DNA of 64,000 nt, from the NCBI RefSeq assembly GCF_055900595.2, contig NZ_CM148325.1. The stretch is one strand, 5' to 3'. Shown piece by piece: positions 34,039 through 45,293 of this stretch (the stretch's first letter is position 1; every line of letters starts with the position of its first letter). The position numbers were made by a program, and so were the translations under genes. The notes under the pieces are model-generated. The model had not been told where the DNA came from. It was given only the letters and a program-made list of their open reading frames with translations, and ran no database searches.

Positions 34039-34734
34039 TTACTGCCCGTAATAGGCATTGGCCCCATGCTTACGCAGGTAGTGCTTATCCAGCAGTTCGT
34101 TTTGCATGGCAGGGAGCTGTGGTGCAAGCTGGCGCGAGAACAGGCCCATATAGGCGCACTCTTCCAGCACTACGGCATTATGCACGGCATCGGCGGCGTT
34201 TTTTCCCCAGGCGAACGGGCCGTGAGAATGCACCAGTACCGCCGGGATTTGTGCCGGGTTCAACCCACGCTCTTCGAAGGTTTTAATGATCACTTCGCCG
34301 GTCTGGTATTCATACTCGCCGTTGATCTCCTCTACGGTCATCTGTCGCGTGCAGGGGATGGCACCATAGAAATAATCGGCGTGCGTGGTGCCCCAGGCGG
34401 GGAGATCCAGCCCGGCCTGTGACCAGATGGTGGCGTGGCGCGAGTGGGTATGCACAATACCGCCAATTTCTGCATAGCGACGATAAAGCGCCAGATGCGT
34501 TGGCGTATCGGACGAGGGCTTTTTGCTACCTTCCACCACCTTGCCGCTGGCTATCTCAACCACCACCATATCGTCGGCGGTCATCACGTCGTACTCGACG
34601 CCGGAAGGTTTGATTACCATCCATTGCCGCGTCTCGTCTACCGCACTGACATTGCCCCAGGTAAACGTCACCAGATGGTGAGCGGGAAGCGCCAGATTTG
34701 CCGCCAGTACGTCGGCTTTCAGTTGTTCTAACAT
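34039..34734 (-). CDS. sgbE: L-ribulose-5-phosphate 4-epimerase
   Basis: 231-aa class II aldolase/AraD-like ORF. Confidence 0.88.
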   Translation of the reverse strand: MLEQLKADVLAANLALPAHHLVTFTWGNVSAVDETRQWMVIKPSGVEYDVMTADDMVVVEIASGKVVEGSKKPSSDTPTHLALYRRYAEIGGIVHTHSRHATIWSQAGLDLPAWGTTHADYFYGAIPCTRQMTVEEINGEYEYQTGEVIIKTFEERGLNPAQIPAVLVHSHGPFAWGKNAADAVHNAVVLEECAYMGLFSRQLAPQLPAMQNELLDKHYLRKHGANAYYGQ

Positions 34735-35588
34735 ATAAATCCGGCCTCCTGCATACGCGCTTCAATCCAGCGCCGCGCCTGAATAATCTCCAGCACCGGC
34801 TCTTTGGCTTTTTCGGTCCACATCTCAATCAGAAATGATCCGCGATAGTTCAGTTCATGCAGCGTTTTGAAGATACCAACGAAATCGACGCAGCCTTCGC
34901 CAAACGGCACGTCGCGGAACTGTCCGGGGCTATGATCGGTCACTGGCTGGGTATCTTTCAGGTGGATGGCGGCGATACGGTCAATGCCCAGTTTCAGTTC
35001 GGCGGGAACATCATTGCCCCACGCGCTAAGGTTGCCGACGTCCGGGTAAACAGTGAACCACGGCGAAGCGAGTATCTCGTCCCATTTTTTCCATTTGCTG
35101 ATGGAGTTCATAAACGCGGTATCCATAATCTCCACCGCCAGCATCACCTGCGCGGCGGCTGCCTGTTCAACCGCCCACGCCAGCCCTTCGGCAAAACGTT
35201 GCTGCGTGCCTTCGTCATGGGCTTCGTAATAGACGTCGTAGCCCGCCAGTTGAATGGTGCGAATACCGAGATCGCGCGCCAGACGAATTGCTTTACTCAT
35301 GATCTCCCGTGCTCGCTGGCGTGCCGCGTCGTCACGGCTACCAAAGGGAAAACGACGATGTGCGGACAGGCACATCGACGGGATCCCAACACCCGTTTCG
35401 ATCATCGCGGCAACCAGCGAAGTCCTTTGTGCGGCGCTCCAGTCAAGGCGCGACAGACGCTCGTCGGTTTCATCCACCGACATTTCGACAAAATCAAAAC
35501 CGCAGCTTTTTGCCAGCACCAGCCGCTCCGGCCAGGAGAGATCTTTCGCCAGCGCTTTTTCATAAATCCCTAACGGATGATTACGCAC
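34728..35588 (-). CDS. sgbU: L-ribulose-5-phosphate 3-epimerase (putative)
   Basis: ORF 34728..35621; GTG start at 35588 gives 286 aa ([23 protein letters not shown]...). Confidence 0.85.
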   Translation of the reverse strand: MRNHPLGIYEKALAKDLSWPERLVLAKSCGFDFVEMSVDETDERLSRLDWSAAQRTSLVAAMIETGVGIPSMCLSAHRRFPFGSRDDAARQRAREIMSKAIRLARDLGIRTIQLAGYDVYYEAHDEGTQQRFAEGLAWAVEQAAAAQVMLAVEIMDTAFMNSISKWKKWDEILASPWFTVYPDVGNLSAWGNDVPAELKLGIDRIAAIHLKDTQPVTDHSPGQFRDVPFGEGCVDFVGIFKTLHELNYRGSFLIEMWTEKAKEPVLEIIQARRWIEARMQEAGFIC

Positions 35589-36243
35589 GCGCGCCTCCCC
35601 AGATAGCGTCGATTTGCGCATGGAAGTCGGCAGCTACCTGTGCCGGATTTGCTGCGCCTGCCAGTGCTCGTCCGGCAATAAATGCCTTCACGCGGATATC
35701 TTTAAACAGCGGCAGGTCAGCAGGCGTAATCCCGCCGGTAATGGAAAGCTCAAGGCCGATATCGGAAAGCGCCTTCATGCGTGCCAGATCGGCTTCGCCC
35801 CACTGTTGCCCGCTGGCCTGCGCGTCACGACCACGATGATAAATCGCCTGCCGCACGCCAATACGATGCCAGTCGCGGGCGTCGTCCAGCGTCCAGTTAC
35901 CAAAAAGCTCTATCTGGATTTCACCACCGCAGCGTTGCGCCATAGCGTGGCCTTTTTCCACCGTCGCGAGCGGTGCGGCGCAGATGATGGTCATCCAGTT
36001 AGCGCCTGCGCCAAACGCCTGTTGCGCGAGCGTTTCACCAGCATCGGCGACCTTCCAGTCAGCAACGATGATTTTGTCCGGGCACTGTTCGCGCAAGGCT
36101 TTCACCGCGCCAAGCCCTTCGTTTAAACAGAGAATAGTGCCTGCTTCGACGATATCGACGCTGTCTTTTAACAGCGCAACGTCGCGCTGTGCGGCTTCAA
36201 GTGATGAGTGGTCGAGGGCCAGTTGCAGAAGTGGTCTGCTCAT
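35581..36243 (-). CDS. sgbH: 3-keto-L-gulonate-6-phosphate decarboxylase
   Basis: 220-aa ORF recognised as SgbH. Confidence 0.88.
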   Translation of the reverse strand: MSRPLLQLALDHSSLEAAQRDVALLKDSVDIVEAGTILCLNEGLGAVKALREQCPDKIIVADWKVADAGETLAQQAFGAGANWMTIICAAPLATVEKGHAMAQRCGGEIQIELFGNWTLDDARDWHRIGVRQAIYHRGRDAQASGQQWGEADLARMKALSDIGLELSITGGITPADLPLFKDIRVKAFIAGRALAGAANPAQVAADFHAQIDAIWGGARA

Positions 36244-37736
36244 AATGTGTTCTCCTTAACGCGGGCATGAAAGCCCTGTAGTGCGGCAATGAGGTGCTGA
36301 TAGCGTTGGTATTTTTGTTGGTAAAGCTGATGGGCGGTCATATCCGGTAACAGGGTACGCACCGGGTGCTGTTGATCGCGCTGGGCTTCGCTGAAATCGC
36401 GATAAACTCCGGTGCCGACGCGGGCGGCAAGCGCCGCGCCAAAACAGCCCGTTTCTTGCACCTGCGGCAGTTCGATACGCAGTCCGCTAACGTCCGCCAG
36501 CATTTGCATCCAGACATCGGAGTGCGCCGGGCCGCCAGTGACGCGCAGGGTGTGCACATCAGTAAAACGTTCGCGCATCCGGTTGAGGTGGGTCATATGG
36601 CTGAACACCACGCCTTCATAAATGGCCTGCAACAGGTGTGCGCGGGTGTGAATGGCCTGCATCCCGTAGAAACCGCTGGTCATCTCGAGTCCGGCGTTGC
36701 TGCCGTACAGGAACGGCAGGAAAAAGAGATCGCCACCGGCTTTCGGTAAGCTGGCAACAGCCTGGTTGATCTCTGCAAACGAGATTTCTCCCCACTGCGC
36801 GGTAAACCATTCGAGATTGCCGGAAGAGGTAGGGCTGGCTTCGTGAACGATAAATTCACCGTCGTTAACGTAGCGGCCATAGACATACGGATGCGCTTCA
36901 CCGCCACCTAAACCGCTGGTTATGCCGCTGGTCACCGCCCAGGTCCCCATCACCGCATTGAGGGTAAATTCGTCTTCGATTCCGGCGCAGAGTGCGGTAG
37001 AAACCACATCAAACAGGCCGCCGACAACGGGCGTACCCGCTTTCAGACCGGTCAGTGCGGCTGTCTGAGCGGTGATTTCCCCGCAGATTTCGGCAGATCC
37101 AACAACAGGCGGCAGGGCGTGATTGATTTCACTGATCCCCAGCCAGTCGGTGAGGCACGGGTCATATTCCCCGCGACTCATGTTGTAGAGATTGGATTCG
37201 GAAATATTGCTCTCTTCGCAGCCTTTGACACCGGTTAAACACCAGCGCAGGTAGTCGTGCGTCATCATCACGCAGCCAATTTGCGCGTAGCGTTCTGGTT
37301 CGTGCTCTTTCAGCCAGCGTAACAGCGACACCGGATGCCCGGTCCACAAGGTTTGTCGGGTCAGCGGGTAGAGTTTTTCCGGGATGCCATCTTCCTGCCA
37401 GCGACGAACGATTTCCATCGCCCGGCGGTCCGAGGACAAAATAGCATTCCCGAGCGGCTTGTCGTTTTTATCCAGCAAAAACAAGCCCTTTCCCTGTGCG
37501 GAGATACCGATACCGACAATTTGTTCCCCGCTAACACCAGAATGAGTAAGCAGGGCGCGAATGACAGCCATGCAGCATTGCCACAGTTCTGCCATATCGC
37601 GCTCTGCCCAGCCTGGCTGCGGGCTTAATGCGCACAGCGGCAGGCGCTGCACGCCTGCCTCCCGTCCTTCGCGGTCATACAGCCCGGCTTTCAGCCAGCT
37701 ACCGCCACAATCTAACCCCAGCCAGTATTGCGTCAT
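36240..37736 (-). CDS. lyxK: L-xylulose kinase, FGGY family
   Basis: 498-aa ORF recognised as LyxK. Confidence 0.9.
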   Translation of the reverse strand: MTQYWLGLDCGGSWLKAGLYDREGREAGVQRLPLCALSPQPGWAERDMAELWQCCMAVIRALLTHSGVSGEQIVGIGISAQGKGLFLLDKNDKPLGNAILSSDRRAMEIVRRWQEDGIPEKLYPLTRQTLWTGHPVSLLRWLKEHEPERYAQIGCVMMTHDYLRWCLTGVKGCEESNISESNLYNMSRGEYDPCLTDWLGISEINHALPPVVGSAEICGEITAQTAALTGLKAGTPVVGGLFDVVSTALCAGIEDEFTLNAVMGTWAVTSGITSGLGGGEAHPYVYGRYVNDGEFIVHEASPTSSGNLEWFTAQWGEISFAEINQAVASLPKAGGDLFFLPFLYGSNAGLEMTSGFYGMQAIHTRAHLLQAIYEGVVFSHMTHLNRMRERFTDVHTLRVTGGPAHSDVWMQMLADVSGLRIELPQVQETGCFGAALAARVGTGVYRDFSEAQRDQQHPVRTLLPDMTAHQLYQQKYQRYQHLIAALQGFHARVKENTL

Positions 37737-37739
37737 GGT

Positions 37740-38726
37740 TTATTGCACCTCATCCACGGCTTTCAGCAGCTCAGCGCCCTGCGGAACATCTTTAACAAAC
37801 ATGTCGCGGACCTGAGTACCCAGTGCGTCGCTAAAGGCTTTGCGGTCGAGATCGGTGATGACTTCCACGCCAGCGTCTTTCATGCCGTCGATGATTTTTT
37901 GCTGATTTTCGGCGACCAATTTGCGCTGGTAATTACCCGCTTCTTGCGCAGATGAAATTAGCGCTTGCTGGAACTCCGGGCTTAAGCCATCAAATTTCGC
38001 TTTGTTGATCACTACCAGAAGCGGGGAATAGGCATGGTGAGTCAGAGATAGGTACTTCTGCACTTCATAAAATTTTGCCGACCAGACGACGTTGATGGGA
38101 TGTTCCTGAGCGTCGATAGTGCGTGTTTCCAGTCCGGTATAGACTTCGGCAAACGGCATCGGGATAGGGTTAGCGCCAAATACTTTAAATGCGGCGATAT
38201 TCATCGGGCTGTTGTTGGTGCGGATTTTCAGCCCTTTCAGGTCGCCAGGCGTTTTAACCGGTTGGCGTGAGTTGGTGACATCGCGCCAGCCGTTTTCCCA
38301 GTAGGCCAGTACTTTCAGTCCCTTACCTTCAAGGGAGGCCTTAAGTTCATCGCCGACTTTGCCGTCGAGTGTTTTATGCGCGTGGGCGGTATCGCGGAAC
38401 AGGAAAGGAACATCAAGCAGGTTCATCACAGGTGATAATCCGGCAAAGTTATTCGAGCCAGACATCTCCATATCAATAGTGCCGCCACGCACGCCACTGA
38501 TCATCGCTTGTGCGTTACCGAGAGTACTGTCCGGGAACAGTTTTAATTTCAGCTCGCCTTTGGTTCTCTCCTGCAATAAATCATTAAATTTTTTCGCCGC
38601 AATATGTTGAGAGTCGGTTTGCGATGTTTCATAACCGAAACGTAATGATTGTGTCGCCAGTGAAGATGTACTGAATGCAGCCAGGCCAGCAATGAATAAT
38701 GCGTAGGTTACAGAACGTAATTTCAT
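37740..38726 (-). CDS. yiaO: TRAP transporter periplasmic substrate-binding protein
   Basis: 328-aa DctP-family ORF with signal peptide. Confidence 0.9.
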   Translation of the reverse strand: MKLRSVTYALFIAGLAAFSTSSLATQSLRFGYETSQTDSQHIAAKKFNDLLQERTKGELKLKLFPDSTLGNAQAMISGVRGGTIDMEMSGSNNFAGLSPVMNLLDVPFLFRDTAHAHKTLDGKVGDELKASLEGKGLKVLAYWENGWRDVTNSRQPVKTPGDLKGLKIRTNNSPMNIAAFKVFGANPIPMPFAEVYTGLETRTIDAQEHPINVVWSAKFYEVQKYLSLTHHAYSPLLVVINKAKFDGLSPEFQQALISSAQEAGNYQRKLVAENQQKIIDGMKDAGVEVITDLDRKAFSDALGTQVRDMFVKDVPQGAELLKAVDEVQ

Positions 38727-38738
38727 AATATTTTCCTT

Positions 38739-40016
38739 TTAATTAATCCATTTCAACGGGAGGATGATGAGATCGGGAATAAAAACAAATAAGGCTAATA
38801 AGGAATATAAAACCAGGACGTAAGGGAAAACGCCTCTGACTGCATCATCGAATTTGAGTTTAGCCACCCCTGAAATAACGTTAAGCACATTACCGATAGG
38901 CGGTGTAATTAAGCCGATTGAGCAGTTGATGATAAACATGACACCGAAATAAATCGGATCGATTCCTGCCTCTTTAACTAAAGGCATTAATACCGGGGTA
39001 AGAATTAACACCGTCGGCGTTAAATCCATGACCATGCCGACAATCAGGATAGCCACCATAATGACGATAAACAGCAGACGCGGTGAATCGACCAACGGTT
39101 GCAGTAAATCAGAAACCATCATCGGCAATTCAGCAATGGTAATCAGCCAGGCAGAAACTTGTGCCGAGGCCACCAGAAACATCACCACTGAGGTCGTTTT
39201 CGCTGCGCCAATAAGTACATGCCAAAGTGTGGCGAAGGTCATTTCACGGTAAATAACTGTGGCGACAAACAACGCATAGAAAGCAGCAACGGCCCCGGCT
39301 TCGGTAGGGGTAAACAGACCGGAGCGAAAGCCGCCAATAATAATGACCGGAAGAAATAGCGCCCAGATACCGGAAACAAAAGAGTGCCAGATTTCTCGTT
39401 TCGTTGCTTTTTGCTGACGGGGTAAATTAAGACGACTGGCCTGCCACCACCATGTGAGCATCAGCGTTGCGCCCATCATAATGCCTGGGGCAATGCCCGC
39501 CATAAACAACTTACTGATGGATAATCCGCTGGAAACACCGAAGATAATAAACGGAATGGAAGGGGGAATAATTGGCGCGATAATCCCGCCAGAGGCAATC
39601 AGCCCCGCAGCACGGTTGACCGGGTAGTTAGCGCTGCGCATCATCGGCACCAGTAGCGCGGCAACGGCGGCGGTATCCGCAACAGCAGAACCGGAAAGGC
39701 TCGCCATAATCATAGCCGCCAGCACGCCGACGTAGCCCAACCCGCCTGGTTTATGCCCCACCAGTTTCATCGGCAGGTCAACAATGCGTTTTGATAAGCC
39801 GCCCGCATTCATGATTTCACCCGCCAGTACAAAGAACGGAATCGCCAGCAGGGAGAAGCTGTCAGCACCGTTTACCAGCGTTTGCGCCATGATCTGGACA
39901 TCAAACATATCCAGCCAGAACATAAGCGCCGCCCCGCACAACAGTAGCGACCAGGCAATAGGCAAACCGATAGCAATGCCACCCAACAGGCAGCCCAGAA
40001 AAATCAGCACAGCCAT
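38739..40016 (-). CDS. yiaN: TRAP transporter large permease (DctM family)
   Basis: 425-aa polytopic membrane ORF. Confidence 0.9.
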   Translation of the reverse strand: MAVLIFLGCLLGGIAIGLPIAWSLLLCGAALMFWLDMFDVQIMAQTLVNGADSFSLLAIPFFVLAGEIMNAGGLSKRIVDLPMKLVGHKPGGLGYVGVLAAMIMASLSGSAVADTAAVAALLVPMMRSANYPVNRAAGLIASGGIIAPIIPPSIPFIIFGVSSGLSISKLFMAGIAPGIMMGATLMLTWWWQASRLNLPRQQKATKREIWHSFVSGIWALFLPVIIIGGFRSGLFTPTEAGAVAAFYALFVATVIYREMTFATLWHVLIGAAKTTSVVMFLVASAQVSAWLITIAELPMMVSDLLQPLVDSPRLLFIVIMVAILIVGMVMDLTPTVLILTPVLMPLVKEAGIDPIYFGVMFIINCSIGLITPPIGNVLNVISGVAKLKFDDAVRGVFPYVLVLYSLLALFVFIPDLIILPLKWIN

Positions 40017-40018
40017 GA

Positions 40019-40492
40019 TTAAGCTCCTTGCGGTGGCGGCGTTAGAGAATTGCTACGCGTGATGAGTTGATATAAAAGGCGCAGCTCAAAGAATGCGATA
40101 ACGAGGCTGGTGGGTAGACAAGCGGCATACATCAGGCCGATGGGCAAGCCGAGGATCGGTGAATAATCGCTCCAGTCCTGAATTGTTTTTAGCGTTGCGC
40201 CCCAGGCCAGTGCGCCACAAATAAATAATATTAAGGAGTGGGTAACCAGAGCGACTCGTCGCTGCCACGCGGGGGAGAGTTTCTCCACCAGAAAGGTAAC
40301 CTGAACGTGGGCGTTATCCATAAAAGCCACAATCGCGCCAATAAAGGTTAACCAGACAAATAAATAACGCGACAATTCATCTACAGATAAAATACTTGTC
40401 TGAAAACCATATCTTAAAATAATGTTTATAAACACAATACAGGAAAGTACGGCGAGATTAATCGCCAGTATTGCTTCAAGTATTTTTTTCAT
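40019..40492 (-). CDS. yiaM: TRAP transporter small permease (DctQ family)
   Basis: 157-aa membrane ORF. Confidence 0.88.
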   Translation of the reverse strand: MKKILEAILAINLAVLSCIVFINIILRYGFQTSILSVDELSRYLFVWLTFIGAIVAFMDNAHVQVTFLVEKLSPAWQRRVALVTHSLILFICGALAWGATLKTIQDWSDYSPILGLPIGLMYAACLPTSLVIAFFELRLLYQLITRSNSLTPPPQGA

Positions 40493-40609
40493 AGCTATTC
40501 CTTGAGGCTATGTTTGTCATAATTCAAGTTGCATGTGCAGCAACCTGAATTATTAATATAGTTAGAGCAATAACATTACCCAGGCGTTCTGGCGTAGACG
40601 ATTATTCGA

Positions 40610-41080
<471 letters not shown>

Positions 41081-41088
41081 TTATCTCC

Positions 41089-42087
41089 TTATAACGCCTG
41101 GATTTTTGCCCATACGCTGTCATCAACGGTAATACCGTTACGGCGGTTTTCTGCCAGCAGGGTGGTAAATTCGTGGCCGGGTAAGCGGATGGCCTGGTTT
41201 TCGTCAGCGCGTTCAGCGGTAGTAACGTAATCCATGATGCGTTGCAGCTTGGCATCGCGGGTGGGGCCGTCGATCAATTTATCCACTTCGATGGCGATAA
41301 AGATTTGCGAAACACCGTATTCGTCGCTGTTATCCTGGGTGACTTCAGCAACTGACGCGCCGTCAGAAAGAAGAGTAGCGATCATATCCAATACGATCGA
41401 CATACCGGAACCTTTCCAATAGCCCATCGGCAAAATTCGACGATTTTTCTCGATAACGCCAGGTTCTTTGGTCAAATTGCCCTCATCATCAAAGCCACCA
41501 TCGACCGGGAGCTGACGGCCCGCCAGGCGGTTAACTTCTAACATGCCATAAGAGAACATCGACATCGACATATCGACCATGGTGATTGGGGTAGAAGGAA
41601 TGGCGACGATCAGCGGGTTGGTGCCGATGCGACACTCTTTTGCGCCCCACGGCGGCATTACGGCGATGGAGTTGGTCCAGCAAATGCCAATATAGCCTTT
41701 TTCCGCCGCCTGCCAGCCGTAGCTGCCGCCGCGCATCCAGTGGTTGGCATTACGTAGAGCCACCAGACCAATACCGTGATCGGCAGCCAGTTCGATGGCG
41801 CGATCCATCATCTTTTTCGCTGTCAGGTTACCGATCGAACGCTGGGCGTCCCACTGTTCAATTGCGCCGAGGCTGGTTATACGTTTGGGTTGGGCATCAG
41901 GAATGATATCGCCGTTTTCCAGTTGTTGAATGAAACGAGGGAAACGGTTGACGCCGTGAGAATAAACGCCGGATTCGGTGGTGCGGGCGAACATTTCGGC
42001 ACAGGCATCAGCCGTTTCGCTGTCAACGCCGCGTGAAATTAAGACTCGATTAAAGGCTGCTTTTAACTGCTCAAATGTCACTTTCAT
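41089..42087 (-). CDS. yiaK: 2,3-diketo-L-gulonate reductase
   Basis: 332-aa ORF recognised as YiaK; first gene of the yiaK-sgbE operon. Confidence 0.9.
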   Translation of the reverse strand: MKVTFEQLKAAFNRVLISRGVDSETADACAEMFARTTESGVYSHGVNRFPRFIQQLENGDIIPDAQPKRITSLGAIEQWDAQRSIGNLTAKKMMDRAIELAADHGIGLVALRNANHWMRGGSYGWQAAEKGYIGICWTNSIAVMPPWGAKECRIGTNPLIVAIPSTPITMVDMSMSMFSYGMLEVNRLAGRQLPVDGGFDDEGNLTKEPGVIEKNRRILPMGYWKGSGMSIVLDMIATLLSDGASVAEVTQDNSDEYGVSQIFIAIEVDKLIDGPTRDAKLQRIMDYVTTAERADENQAIRLPGHEFTTLLAENRRNGITVDDSVWAKIQAL

Positions 42088-42287
42088 CCCTGGCTTCCTT
42101 GTTTTTTTGATCGCTTTTTTGGCTTAAAATTTCAATATGCGAAATCTGATTTCAAATATATCGATCGCTTTTTAACAAAGCAATCTGATTGATGAATTTC
42201 AAAAAACTTAAAAATCAAGTGGTTATAAATTATCTGTCGAGATCGTGAACTACGACACACTTTGCGCTACCATCAGGACGCGACAAA

Positions 42288-43136
42288 ATGGGGAAAGAAG
42301 TGATGGGAAAAAAAGAGAACGAGATGGCGCAGGAAAAAGAGCGTCCAGCCGGAAGCCAGAGTCTGTTTCGCGGGTTGATGCTGATTGAGATTTTGAGCAA
42401 CTATCCAAACGGTTGTCCGTTGGCGCATCTTTCGGAGCTGGCTGGTTTAAATAAGAGTACCGTCCATCGCTTATTGCAGGGATTACAATCCTGCGGCTAT
42501 GTGACCACCGCGCCCGCCGCAGGGAGTTACCGCCTGACTACCAAATTTATTGCCGTCGGGCAGAAGGCGCTGTCTTCGCTGAATATCATTCATATCGCCG
42601 CTCCGCATCTTGAGGCACTGAACATCGCCACTGGTGAAACCATTAACTTCTCCAGCCGCGAAGACGATCACGCTATTTTGATTTATAAGCTGGAACCCAC
42701 GACCGGGATGCTGCGAACCCGAGCTTATATAGGCCAGCATATGCCGCTCTACTGTTCCGCAATGGGCAAGATCTACATGGCGTTTGGTCACCCGGACTAC
42801 GTGAAGTCATACTGGGAAAGCCATCAGCATGAGATCCAGCCGTTAACCCGCAATACCATTACCGAGCTGCCCGCGATGTTCGACGAACTGGCGCACATTC
42901 GTGAAAGCGGAGCGGCGATGGACAGAGAAGAAAACGAACTCGGCGTCTCCTGTATTGCTGTTCCGGTGTTTGATATTCATGGGCGGGTGCCGTACGCCGT
43001 GTCGATTTCTCTTTCGACATCACGTCTGAAACAGGTGGGGGAGAAAAATCTCCTGAAACCACTGCGTGAAACCGCGCAGGCTATTTCTAATGAACTGGGA
43101 TTTACTGTCAGGGACGACCAGGGCGCGATCACATAA
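42288..43136 (+). CDS. yiaJ: IclR-family repressor of the yiaK-sgbE operon
   Basis: 282-aa ORF with N-terminal HTH; divergent from yiaK. Confidence 0.9.
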   Translation: MGKEVMGKKENEMAQEKERPAGSQSLFRGLMLIEILSNYPNGCPLAHLSELAGLNKSTVHRLLQGLQSCGYVTTAPAAGSYRLTTKFIAVGQKALSSLNIIHIAAPHLEALNIATGETINFSSREDDHAILIYKLEPTTGMLRTRAYIGQHMPLYCSAMGKIYMAFGHPDYVKSYWESHQHEIQPLTRNTITELPAMFDELAHIRESGAAMDREENELGVSCIAVPVFDIHGRVPYAVSISLSTSRLKQVGEKNLLKPLRETAQAISNELGFTVRDDQGAIT

Positions 43137-43237
43137 CGCTCTGGACAAGTGCCAAAACTTTAACATTTCCTTCGTTGGATCAAAGCAGTAGAGACGCGCT
43201 CTCTGGCACTCTGCTGTTTTAGTGCAAAGGAGTGATC

Positions 43238-43711
43238 ATGAACCGGTTTATTATTGCGGATGCGACGAAATGTATCGGTTGCCGTACCTGTGAAGTGGCT
43301 TGCGCAGTGTCGCATCAGGAGAATCAGGATTGCGCTGCGTTGTCACCCGGTGAGTTTATTTCGCGTATTCGTGTCATTAAAGATCATACTTACACCACGG
43401 CAGTAGCCTGTCATCAGTGTGAAGATGCACCGTGCGCAAATGTGTGCCCTGTTGACGCGATAAGTCGCGAACATGGGCATATTTTCGTTGAACAATCACG
43501 TTGTATTGGCTGTAAAAGCTGTATGCTGGCTTGCCCGTTTGGTGCGATGGAGGTCGTTTCTTCACGCACAAAGGCGAGGGCGATTAAGTGCGATCTGTGC
43601 TGGCATCGGGCGACGGGACCGGCTTGTGTTGAAGCTTGCCCAACACAAGCGTTGCAATGCATGGATGTCGAGAAAGTGCAGCGGCATCGGCTACGGCAGC
43701 AGTCTGTTTGA
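43238..43711 (+). CDS. ysaA: 4Fe-4S ferredoxin-type protein
   Basis: ORF 43232..43711; start taken at MNRFIIADATKCIGCRTCEVAC; several CxxCxxCxxxCP motifs. Confidence 0.85.
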   Translation: MNRFIIADATKCIGCRTCEVACAVSHQENQDCAALSPGEFISRIRVIKDHTYTTAVACHQCEDAPCANVCPVDAISREHGHIFVEQSRCIGCKSCMLACPFGAMEVVSSRTKARAIKCDLCWHRATGPACVEACPTQALQCMDVEKVQRHRLRQQSV

Positions 43712-43759
43712 AACGTTTTTCCGGCGTTTTTTAACGCAGGAATAGTGCGCTTTGTTTAT

Positions 43760-43860
43760 GCCGGATGCGGCTTAAACGCCTTATCCGGCCTACAAATTAT
43801 TCCAAATTCAATATATTGCAGAAATGATGTAGGCCTGATAAGCGTAGCGCATCAGGCAAT
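43760..43860. repeat. REP element pair between ysaA and avtA
   Basis: gccggatgcggcttaaacgccttatccggcctaca ... tgtaggcctgataagcgtagcgcatcaggca. Confidence 0.8.
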
Positions 43861-43862
43861 TT

Positions 43863-45116
43863 TTAATGACTTTCAGCCCAGGCGCGTTCAATCTCTTCCG
43901 CCAGAATCTTCACCCCCGCTTCAATTTTATCCGGCTCCGGCACGTAGTTCATACGCATACATTGATGTGTATGTGGCCACGGTTTATCCAGCTCTGGGAA
44001 GAAGTTGTGCCCCGGCACCATCAGCACGCCCCGTGCTTTCAGGCGCTGGTAGAGCTGCTCGGTCGTAATTGGCAAATCCTTAAACCATAGCCAGAGGAAA
44101 ATGGCTCCTTCCGGTTTATGAATCAGGCAGCGATCTTCCGGTAAATAGCGGCGAATGATAGCGATAGTTTCCTGAACACGTTGGTAGTAAAACGGTTTGA
44201 TGACTGTTTCAGACAGGCGCAGCAGATCGTTACGCTTAATCATTTCACACATCATCGCTGGACCAATACCGCCAGGTGCCAGGCTGATAATGCCGTTCAT
44301 ATTGGTGATGGCGGTGATGATTTTTTCATTGGCGATGATAATGCCGCAGCGGGAGCCTGGTAGACCCAGCTTGGAAAGACTCATGCACAGTACGATATTC
44401 GGATTCCACAGCGGGCGCGCTTCGCTGAAGATGATACCCGGGAATGGGACGCCATAAGCGTTATCAATCACCAGCGGAATGCCGTGTTGATTCGCCAGCG
44501 CGTCAAGCTTCAGCAACTCTTCGTCAGTAATCACATTGCCTGTTGGATTCGTCGGCCGGGAGACGCAAATCATCCCGGTTTCTTCGCCAATATGCAGATG
44601 CTCAAAATCGACGTGGTATTTAAACTGGCCTTCCGGCAGCAGTTCAATATTCGGACGCGCAGAGACAAACAGATCTTCTTCCAGTCCGGCGTCAGCGTAG
44701 CCAATGTATTCCGGTGCCAGCGGAAACAGCACTTTTTTGATCCGACCATCTGCACGGCGTCCGGCGAACAGATTAAATAAGTAGAAAAACGCGCTCTGGC
44801 TGCCGTTTGTTAGTGCAATATTCTGTGGTTCGATATCCCAACCCAACTTCTCGCGTAGCATTCCGGCAAGCAGTGTGAGTAGCTCCGTTTTCCCCTGTGG
44901 ACCGTCGTAATTGCACAGTGCATCAGTCGCTTTGCCACTTTCCAGCATGTCGGTCAGTAGCGTCTGGAAGTAGTCCTGCATTTCCGGGATCTGCGCTGGA
45001 TTACCGCCGCCGAGCATAATCGCGCCAGGCGTGCGTAAACCGTCGTTCAGATCTTCCATCAGCAGCGTAATGCCGGAGTGGCGGGTAAATTTGTCACCAA
45101 AAAGGGAGAATGTCAT
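43863..45116 (-). CDS. avtA: Valine-pyruvate aminotransferase
   Basis: ORF 43863..45221; start taken at MTFSLFGDKFTRHSGI (417 aa). Confidence 0.9.
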   Translation of the reverse strand: MTFSLFGDKFTRHSGITLLMEDLNDGLRTPGAIMLGGGNPAQIPEMQDYFQTLLTDMLESGKATDALCNYDGPQGKTELLTLLAGMLREKLGWDIEPQNIALTNGSQSAFFYLFNLFAGRRADGRIKKVLFPLAPEYIGYADAGLEEDLFVSARPNIELLPEGQFKYHVDFEHLHIGEETGMICVSRPTNPTGNVITDEELLKLDALANQHGIPLVIDNAYGVPFPGIIFSEARPLWNPNIVLCMSLSKLGLPGSRCGIIIANEKIITAITNMNGIISLAPGGIGPAMMCEMIKRNDLLRLSETVIKPFYYQRVQETIAIIRRYLPEDRCLIHKPEGAIFLWLWFKDLPITTEQLYQRLKARGVLMVPGHNFFPELDKPWPHTHQCMRMNYVPEPDKIEAGVKILAEEIERAWAESH

Positions 45117-45254
45117 AGCGGGATATCTGTCGAACTCTGTAGCAAGGAAGGTAACAATAACGCTACATTTGCTGGGGTGCAAATCGCTCTGTTGAAGTGG
45201 GAGCGGTGCTTTATCCTGCAACGCTGATTAGGGCTGACATTTTATCCTGGTTGG

Positions 45255-45287
45255 CGGCTTCCCGAGGTACTGACGAACGGGAAGCCG
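45255..45287 (-). terminator. Hairpin immediately downstream of malS, no U-tract
   Basis: Perfect 10-bp inverted repeat cggcttcccg/cgggaagccg with a 13-nt loop, 7 bp after the malS stop. Confidence 0.35.
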
Positions 45288-45293
45288 GAAACG

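Noticed and set aside
34018-34422. 134-aa plus-strand ORF downstream of the AraC-family gene
   Set aside because: Entirely overlaps the 3' part of sgbE on the opposite strand.
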